From Camelus dromedarius (Eukaryota): a stretch of DNA of 64,000 bases. The notes beneath the pieces were generated by a model. That model was not told where the DNA came from and did not search any database. It was given only the letters and a program-made list of their open reading frames with translations. Within the stretch, counting starts at the first letter, position 1. Every line of letters starts with the position of its first letter. Below, one piece after another: positions 54,190 through 64,000 of this stretch. Position numbers and translations under genes: made by a program. The DNA lies in NCBI RefSeq assembly GCF_036321535.1, contig NC_087436.1, positions 43,340,001 to 43,404,000 on the forward strand. The letters run 5' to 3'.

Positions 54190-55600
54190 CTGGCGTCCAT
54201 ATGTGGGGAAATCACACCTGGGAGCAAAGATGAGCATGTTCTCTTTCCCAGCTCTTCCTAGGAGCTCTTGTATCTCCTTTCGTGTCTCCATCCTGAGAAT
54301 CTCTTCCTTAGCCTTCCCTGTAACTACAGGTGTCACTCCAAGACTCTGTCCTCCATCCATGAGTGATTTCATTACTTCTCATGCCTTCAACCTCATCGTG
54401 CTGTTAGTTCTTAAAATTATACTTGTCCTGACCTTTCCGCCAAGTATCAACCTTCAAAGGCTTGCTGTACTTTCTCTCTGCATGTTCCACAGGAACCGCA
54501 AGCCCCACATGTGAAAATCAGGACCCAGCACCTTTCCCTCTCAGCCTGCTCATCCTTTACTGTTGGCTGCATCAGCTGCTAGTACCACCAGCTACCAAAT
54601 CACCAGAAAGGGACACCTAGGAGTCATTTTTGACTCTAACTCTTCCCCTACTCCACCTCAGGACTACGTCCACCTAATGGCCTCTTCAGATGAATTTGCC
54701 TTTATCTGTCTCTTCCTCTCCACACCTACCACTACATCTTAGTTCATTCCCATAGCACATCTCACAAGCTTTAGAGCTCCCTAAATAAGTTTGGTCCCTA
54801 GACTTTTCCATTCTCTGCAGTCTCTACTGTGATGGAAAAAATAAATCTGGTCATGTCAGCCCATTGCTTAAAGCCTTTTACAGTCTCCTCTTTAATTACT
54901 CATTAGTCCCAGCTCATTAACATGAGGTACAATAGTTTTACTTCTGTCTACATCTTCAGCTTCATTTATCACGCACCTTACTTACTTTTTTACTTTATAA
55001 TCTAGCAGTGGAAAACTTACATGATGCTCACTATTGCCAAGCCCTGTTTTAAGAACTTACATATATTAACTCATGTAATTCTCACAGAAACCCTATCAGG
55101 CAGGTTCTTTAATTATCTCAATTTTTACAGATGAGGAAACTGAACCACAGAGAAGCTAAATTACTTGTCTGAAGTTATACACCTCACACACATCAGAGCA
55201 CCTGGTCCTGTTCCAGACTCCAACCTCTCCTCCATTATGCCCTTGTTCCCTGGATGTGCTGGCCCATCCCCATGACATGAGTCATGCTCTAACTTCTGTT
55301 TGAAATGCTTCTGTTGCACCTGAGCCTGGATCACTCTTACTTATCCCTTGAAGCTCAGTTCAGTCATCAGAACTTGTGGGAGTTCTTGCCTGGCCTCTTC
55401 TGTGCTCCGACAGTAGACCATGGACATCTCCATCACTGCTGTTACCACCAAGTATAATCATCATCTATTAAATGACAGAGACATATTCCTTGGCCTCAAG
55501 GATTTAGCATTCTGTACATTGTATTTTACACAGCAGTGTCCCGTCATTAAGAGGCGTTCAATAAAAGTGTATTGAGTGAAGAACACGTGGATGAATAAGG
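54190..55600 (+). mobile_element. L2 fragment interrupted by a MIR (~55010-55190, minus strand)
   Basis: cacctaggagtcatttttgactct (L2-like); ttttacagatgaggaaactgaaccacagaga (MIR core, reverse orientation). Confidence 0.65.
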
Positions 55601-55719
55601 AGCATCCAGCCAGTAACCAAAAACTCTTCCTAATAAGAGTACCACAACAACTGAACTTAAAGCACTACAGAATGCGCCCAGTAGCCCTTTCAGTCAGCTT
55701 ACAAAAACTGTAAGAGGCC

Positions 55720-55768
55720 TGTGTGTACGTGTGTGCGCGTGCGTGCGTGCGTATGTGTGTGCATGTGT
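55720..55768. repeat. Alternating purine-pyrimidine tract (TG/CG mixed)
   Basis: 49 nt of uninterrupted Y/R alternation. Confidence 0.9.
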
Positions 55769-58700
55769 TAAGGGGCAAGGAGGACAGCGTGAATCAAAGT
55801 AGAAAGAGATTAAAAATTGAAGCTACACACAGCCTATTAAGTAAAACCAAGCACCTTTACAAGATGGATGTGTGTTAATGGTTCAACAAATCTATTTACA
55901 GTTTCTTAATAATGTTTTGATTTTGGCTACCTTCTTAAGTTTGTTTGAAAGTTCTAATTTTAAAAGGCCTTCAAGTATCATAAAATATATACCTCAACCC
56001 AGTGACAGCAGAGTAGTGACTCCAGCCAAGTCCCCGCTGAAAGACAGCCCGAGTTTGGTAGCACTAGTGTAGCAAGTTCTCATGAAGCACTTGATTAGCA
56101 AATATCAAGAAATGAGCTTTTGCATAATAACCTTGCAGATGAAAACGTGACACACTACCTGGTGTTAGAACATGTCTTGTCCTCATGGTCAAGTTGACCT
56201 TCATACAGCAGATAAGGGGCCTTTGTAAAGCTGTACCTCACTCAAAATCGACACTTAAATGCTCTTCGCATGACTAGGCTTGGATTGCTTTTTGAGATGA
56301 CCTCTAAGCAATAGAAAGATCAGTGTTCTAGCAGTCAGGAGACACCAAGTCTAGACTCATGTCTGCCATGAACCACTTACATGATTTTGGCCAACGTGCT
56401 TGATTTCTCTGCATCTCAGTTTTCTCATATAAAATAAGACATTTGAATTTGGAAATTTTAAGCTAATTCCTTCTCTGTTTTAAGCTACTTGGAGCCCTAA
56501 AAGTTTATACTCTTAAGAAACTAGTATGACTCACACATTAAAGTCACCTGCATGTATACACACATAAATACACACACACAAGTGCGAGAGAGAGCGTCCA
56601 AGAGAGAGAGGAAAAGAGTGAGAGAAAAAAAGAGAGCGATTGCAATGATAATATTATCTTTCTTATACATATAAGCCAGGTGCCATGGATATTTGAGAGT
56701 TATTACACTTGTTTAAATTTCAATTCTAAAATTTTTTATTTGTTGGAGTTTCTACAGATGCAACTGCATAGAAAGTTAAATGCAATTTGTGATTTAGATG
56801 ATAAATAAAAGATTGTTTACTTCTCAAAGAACCATACAAGGCCATAATGTTCACTATAGTTTGGATTATCTAAAAGTGGGGGGAATGGGGTGTTCCTGTC
56901 ATGGGAAAAACAGAAGGTGGCCGTGTGCCACAGTGCCGTGCAGAGCCCTCCTGGTTAATCCCAGCTGGACGCCGCCTGGCACCGCCAGCTGCTGTGCGTA
57001 TGCTCACTGAACAACAGGCACCTGCATGTGGGAAACACGATTAAGACTGGCACACAATCCCATTACCATGATAAGCCACTCAGAGTATTGTTGAGGGAGC
57101 TTAATCCGCACAGAGAGATGATGAGGTAGGTGGAAGGGTCCTTTTTTTTAATGTCAGACTCACAGCAAAATGAACTTACGTCATATCAAACTCTAAAGAG
57201 CTTCAAATTCATAAAGAATTAAAGAGGCAAAATTTCCCTAAAATAAGTAATGTACATCTTTTAAACCTAAGAACAAGACAATTTAAACTGGACCATATTA
57301 CTTAAAGTTCCAAAAATGACTTTCAAATGAAAGGAAAGCCATTTATTTGTACATATCTACTGAAAAAAAAAAAAAAACATTTTGTGTTTACAAAAAAAAA
57401 ATCAAATTTCAGTTTAATCTTTTAGGTTTAATGTTCAATCCAAAAATAAAACAAAATTATAATAAAGTTGCCTGAGTGGTAAGCTTTCCATAAATAAGGT
57501 GCCATTTGAGACATCAAATGAGATAAAAAGCAGAAAAGTATTTCTCCTTTTGTAATCTAAACAAATTCTAATGTATTTAAGTGAAAATTTGCAAGAATTG
57601 TCACGATGTCTACTCAAAATAGATCTGAAATGTATTTTTCAGCCTTACTTTTATATTTGCATTGAGTTCAGTTTCATAATTTTAAAAAGTAGAAATATTT
57701 TATTATGTGACAAAACACTATTTTCCATGGTCTGTTTTTTGATTCCCAAATTTACATTAATTTTCAAGAATTTTTAAAATTACAGTATAAAAAATACCTA
57801 CCTATAACTGCCAGCAAATGAAAATAATCTATAATAAATATTATAGATGTAGATTACTACTTATGAGTTTATTTGATCTTCCTTCTGCTACCAACTGAGA
57901 AAGTGGCCATATAAAAACAATGTTTTTTTGACTGTGACAAAAAACAATTTTTTTACAATGGAAAATGACTTATCCGCATTGTTAAAGAAGTGCAAACTTT
58001 GACTAGACACATGGAGGAAAGTGAACTCAAAGACTACAATTTACTTTCTGAGAACGCAATGCTAAAATCCATCTTTCTCGGAATTTCTTATTTTAATAGT
58101 GACTGTTATCAAGTGTTATCTTATCTGCAATATTGGCTGCAGGTATGATTTGCAAGCTTTTACTAAATGATAAACCAATACTATAACTCAGAAAACATGG
58201 CAAATTTTGTGGTATCTTTTGCTATCATTTGGTAATATCCAAAGATTTGTTATATACACACATATATATCAACACATATTCACATATGTTCCACTGGATA
58301 TATTTTTACCAAATTTCATATTCAATATCAACATTTTAGATTCTAAGTAGATATTACACTATAGAACTTGAATTTTGGTCAGCTAACAGACACTTATCAT
58401 CTGTTACCTAAATTGGTATAAGCACCTCATTTCTTCAAGGTCACTTTAGGGTGAACAGACATAATTACTTTTCATCATGGTAAGCCTATGGAAAATAATC
58501 AAATTAGTACTGTAGAAAGAAAAGGCATTATTAATTCTGTTTTTAAATATGTGAGTCATACAGCCTTGAAATTATTGGATAAATAGTAAGTGTATATGTA
58601 CTAGACAATTTCCATTGTACAGAGGCAAGGGATCATTCTCATACCCCAAAATATTCTGTATACAGAAGGATGTAGTCAGCCACATCTGCCTAAGTATCAG

Positions 58701-60474
58701 TCACCCCCACAACATAATTACTTGTATCAAAGACATTCTGGGAGTTCCATATTGGACCACATATTCTCAGTTTATTGCTTTACTCCCAACTGTTCACTTC
58801 TGCAGTTCACATAGTATTAAATAATCTCTACTCAAAATAAGGCTCTTCTGGATGTCAAAAAAAGGTACTATAAAAGGGTAATATATATTTATATAGAAAT
58901 ACACAAAGAGCTGTACAGCCAGCAAAGAATACAATAAGATCTAAACTCACTGGTCACCATGAAATAAATCTGAGAAACCATTCCAAATAGCAAAAGTTCC
59001 AAAATGCACATGGATATTTCTTTATTTTAAAGTATTAAGGTACATGATATTTGCATTATAGATTAGGCCATCACATGATAGTGTCTACATGACCCCGACT
59101 CCTGAGTCGGAACTTGAGACTGCCATCCTAGATCCTCACATACACAGATGAAAACCCACCCTGAGGGGAAGGAATCCTGTTTGAATATTTGGAAATCCAA
59201 TGTATAGCTTCAAATTAAAAATCCAGCTTTAGACAAGAATCTAAAATTTGTACCTGGCATAGCATTAGGTTTTTAGAATTAGGATAGTTCATTATAGAAA
59301 CTTTCTGTGACAACAGCAATAATAAAGACACTTCCAACATCCAGGCAACTATGAGTTAGAGTCTGGTTACAACATTATTTTTTAAATCAAAAGTTTCTAA
59401 CCAGTTCCAATAATATCATAGCTGAAACGCAGAATAATACAAATATATAAGTATGTGTGTATATCATTTTTTCTTACACTCTTGACGCTGTTACATGGGC
59501 AGCATACAAAAAGTATCTCCCACTATCCTTTTTGGAAAGAAAAATTAATTGCTCTACAAAGGAAAAAATACTTCCATTAAGCTCATTGTCTTCACACATG
59601 GATAAATTATAAATAAGATGTTTAAGAAAATAATCAGCCTTTAAAATTATTATCAGAAAGAAGCAATAAGGAGAAGAATGTCACTTTTCCATTGGACTCT
59701 GGCCAGTGATTCAGAAAGCTGTTCCAAGAGTAGTTCTTTATCTGATCAAGCCATTCTGTCAAAGTAGGAGTAAGTTCCCAAACCACATATACTTGTTGCT
59801 GTTGCCTAAGAACTACCTTCACAAATCAGGCATGAGAGCCATTTGGGGTCAGACCATCTGGAAGAGTTTGCAGATGAAACAGACCTCCCATCTTCTCAAA
59901 AAGTGTAGGTTCCTACGTGGGCCAGGAGACAAATGCCTGACTGCCCCGTGTAACAGCCCAATCACTCCTACTGATTCTTTAACAACTGGAAAGAGGTCCC
60001 TGCTGTGTAATGAGATTATGGAACACATGATAGATTAGTGACCTTTTGAATTAGGACAAGCAACATGAACTCACTAACAAACTCCCTCTTATATTGGAGC
60101 AGCTATGTTAAGAGTGTCAGCCATTTGCCTAAAATAGCTCAAGCACAGATGGAAACACCAATGTAGAAAGAAAGCTTCATTCTTTAATGTTCCAGTGCTA
60201 AGACTAGGAACTCATATTTGGCTTGGCTTATTATGAAAGCATCTGATAATTTTAGTCAACAACTACATAAAAAACATTTTCCTATTTGGATTTATAATTG
60301 TGTTTTTGAAATACATTTGAAAAAAATCAATCCAAAATAGCCTTTTAGATTCATTGATCATTGACCAGTCAATGAAGGCATATTGGTTCAGTGGGTTTAG
60401 ACATGAAGAAACCCTTATTTTGCTTTTTCATTTTTGATCCTATTTTAACTGTTTAACAGTTTGTTCTTTCAGCA

Positions 60475-60720
60475 GAGCACAGGGTTTTGGAGACAGGCAG
60501 AATGATAGATTTGACCTGGGGTAACACCTGGGTAGCTATATGAATTCAGTCAGGGAAGTTTTTCAATCCCTTTAGACATCAATCTCATCTTTAATATGAG
60601 GATAATACAGCATCTACTCATCAGATTATTGTGAGGGGAAAAATTAGATAATCTATGTAGAATTCTTAGCACAGTGGCTAGCACCTAATACTATGATAAT
60701 TTCTCAATATTTTTAACTAT
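60475..60720 (+). mobile_element. MIR SINE
   Basis: gggttttggagacaggcag...gaggataatacagcatctactcatcagattattgtgagg...cttagcacagtggctagcac. Confidence 0.65.
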
Positions 60721-63700
60721 TCCTTTTTATTTATTCTTGTAAAATGTTGTTCCAATGGACTGAAATATTTTTCCTAATGAATACTTCTTCTATAATTAAA
60801 TTGCTCAGCTTATTGGTTAAACCATAATTTATTCAAACAAATTTGACTTAGGTAAACATCACCATAAAATCATAGAGAACCTTCATTTTACTTTCATTAT
60901 TTTACTATTGTTGCTCCTCATTTGGATCTTCTACAAAAGACAGAATTCCTTTTCATATTGAGGAGGTAAGTAATTAGAAGATAATCTTGACACACACAAA
61001 TGTGTCAATAGAACATTCATTTTTTAAAAGTGTATGTGTTTGGGTAATAGATTTGGGTTCGCACACATCTAAGTGTTCTCCTGCACTTTCTCCCTTTGAT
61101 CAGCCACTCTTTGAGGTTAAGAATGAAGTCCGTGCCTTTGAGAATGAAGATAATTGGCCTGTCTGGACTACAGTGGCCAGACCAGCACAAAGCCCTAACT
61201 AGCTGAGCAATTCAAACCAAAACCCAGTCACTATTTATCCTAGAACTCCAGTACATGGACTTATTCAGTGTCTCAGAGTAATGTGTTATGAACATTTTAT
61301 TAATGCTACTCAAATGTGGTTTTCAAAATAGTCTAAATTTAGGAAAACAAATGCATAGTTTAAGGCTTTTCATAGTCACTACTATAAATTACAGGCTATG
61401 AGCAAAACATTGCCAATTTCTGAATTCTCAAGTATAAGTACAAAATTCTCAACAACAACAAAAAGAATTTTACATACCTACTTTATTTTACTCCTGTCAC
61501 TTGTTTCTTTTTGTTCTGAATGTTGTCTTGGAAGAACCAAATCCTTTCCCTAGAACTAGGGGGTACACTCTACAATGTAAATTCTATTCTAATATCAGAT
61601 TTATGTGTTCAAAATGATCAAACAATTATAGTACCTTGAAACCCACACCACATACACACACAAAAACTGCTCTGCAAATAAACCTCACTGCAAATTCATT
61701 TTATCTTGCTGAATCCACAAACTTTGATGCGTGTCTTCTGAAATGGGTGGCAGAGGAGCTACTTACAGGACATTTCCTCAATCCTTCTCCTCACCTTGTG
61801 CTATACAGGATAATACACTATCATCAGGACAGAGCAGTACCTTGACTTTCTACAGAGGATGGGATGCTGAGAACCATATTGAACCATATTGAATATGCCA
61901 TTAGTTTTCTTTCAGGAGATTTAGAAGAAACTTCACAGCCCTGAGTACAACAAATTTGCCTTAACTCTGTCTTGGGCACACGTCCCCATTACATGCTGCG
62001 TGACCCAGCAGTGCACAGGTGTGCAGCCCAAAGCCACACCAAAGTACTAGGACAGAGGAATGATTTGTAAGTATACACCTCTGTGATAGTCTTCCCCTCT
62101 TCATGCTGAGGCAGAACAGAACTAATTCCGACAGGCTATTCATGAAGTATATTCTTTGGCCATTTAAATATCAGCTTTTGAACAACTTTTCTACATAAAT
62201 GACGATACATGATAAATCACACTAAGGCTCAGTTGCATAGACAATTATTAAGTATACTTACTATGTATGGTTCATGACAGTAACATACACATACCAAATT
62301 CATATGTAGATCTCATCTTCTGAATGTGACTGCTCTAAGAGGACACTGAAATGATTTACTGTCAGTTACACAGAAAATACCAGACAATTGTGACAGGTGA
62401 AACACAGATTTGACTGAATGTGAGAAAACTCAAGCAGATATTCATACTCATCTAAATAAGCCAATAGGATGGGTAGTTCTCATTGTTCTAACAGCATCTC
62501 TAAACTACTGAATGCAAAGTGTCTGTACTTGTTCTAGTTTTTTTTCCTTCCTGATTTTCATTTTAAAATATTGGTCTTTAGGTCTGTCGCCTCCCCCTCT
62601 GTGCAGTGATTATAGTGAGACAGTGCTATAAAATAAGAGAGGAGGGCATCTTGCCACCACACCCTCTGAATTCAGGGCAAATATTTAGAACACCTAGGAA
62701 AAGGAATCTTTGGGGATACACAATATATGAAAAGAGAACTGAAATTCTGACACAGAAAATACCAAAGTTCTCATATACAATTCCCATAATGTTTTGCTTT
62801 TTTAAATTTTTCAATAATTTTTTAAAAGTTAGAACACCCTGCCCTAAACTGACTCAGTTTGCCACGTAGAGATATTTATGGTCAAAGATCAGCATTATGA
62901 TAAATTATTACATTATTACACTAAAATACCTGTAAAAAGGTATCACTTAACTAGCACTTGGTGAAACATCCTAGAATGGTCCACCTTTCATTTTCAACTT
63001 CTTCAAACTTGCAAAAGCCACACAGATCCTAATGCATGTTTCTGTTTTCACAGTTTTATTTCTAAAACACTCCCTTACTTCTTTCTCTTTAATTTGGAAT
63101 GCTCTCTGAGCTGGCAATGGTTATAATTATCCTAGAAGGTCAAAGATGGTCAGAGGTAAAGTGATTGGTCTGATGAAGATGGACAAAGACCACGTGCATT
63201 AACCTGTAGACAAACCAGGCAAGCGGAAAAAAGGGAAAAGTCGTGGATTTCACATTCTAGGATCTGAAAATCCAACAGGAAGGACCTGGCTACTTGGAGC
63301 AAACTCAAAAGTATGCCAACACACAAAGTGGGCTAACCTAATACAGATACAGCAATAACCAAATGATAAAAGCCTTTTTCAGCTAATATGTACAGTCTTA
63401 GAAATTCCTGTATGAGTGTTCTAGGTAATTACCGTCCTGAGTTAACCATATTAGTGTCTCTTAAGGTAAAGGCAGAAGTTGATTATTTGTACAGTTTCAA
63501 AAAGGGTTTCTATTAGATCGAGATGCCTTGTTAATTTGGAGGCTTATTGACTGGAATTTACTACTGACTACAGAAATAATGTATAAACATGAATATATTT
63601 GAGGCAAGGCATCCCAGATAAGATGAGTGGGATTAGAGAGATACAAGCTATAGGACACCAAGTAATCACCCAAATGAGATGGACTCCAAAATGTAAGCCT

Positions 63701-64000
63701 ACAACTGACCAAAGCTCAGAGCACCCACAAAGTTCATAACTGTGAACCACAATAAACGTCTCAATAGTTTCCTAACCTTTAATGTGACTTGTAATTATAT
63801 GGCCGGGACTAACCCATCCAGATTGTCTGTGTATCCCCTTCCTTCATACCCAAGTATTAGCTGAAATTCAAGGCTCAGGGCTATTGCTCACCCACTCGTA
63901 TGGCTTAATGTTTTGACAAAATCACACTGCTCTCTTGCTCTTCTCCAGGCTCCTGTTGGTACTTTCAGCAATATACACTGTAATAATCATTACTTATAAT

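Larger units (their letters stand above)
1..64000 (-). other. ANK2: 5' intronic region of ankyrin-2 (ankyrin-B); no common ankyrin-repeat exons inside the window
   Basis: Contains the ANK2-type MAHAAAS first exon and a MIR1243-like segment, both on the minus strand, as recalled for human ANK2. No ankyrin-repeat ORF appears in the ORF track. Confidence 0.85.

Noticed and set aside
1..64000. CRISPR arrays, operons, rRNA, snRNA or prokaryotic systems
   Set aside because: None seen; the window is mammalian intronic DNA, and the remaining short ORFs are what chance predicts.

Overview
AT-rich mammalian DNA, most likely a camelid (camel/alpaca), judged from three short tRNA-derived Vic-1-type SINEs and the absence of Alu or Bov-A/BovB. 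The window lies in the large 5' intronic region of ANK2 (ankyrin-B), transcribed on the minus strand. The only confident coding feature is an alternative first exon (CDS 11581-11709, MAHAAASIKKVREAELDEKEK...ERKRK, phase-0 donor), with a long uORF-rich leader and an interrupted CAG/CGG repeat near a predicted TATA/TSS. The rest is intron containing a full-length antisense PPIA retropseudogene, sequence resembling the human MIR1243 locus, old repeats (MIR, L2, L1M, MER5, MER102, MLT1) and several younger insertions with target-site duplications (TSDs). The most unusual item is a ~106-bp polyadenylated LTR-R-like insert with a perfect 16-bp TSD. Three further exon candidates are speculative. Gene and repeat-family names come from recalled sequences, not database searches, and boundaries of old repeats are approximate. 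There is no firm evidence for a new biological system; the findings are testable leads.
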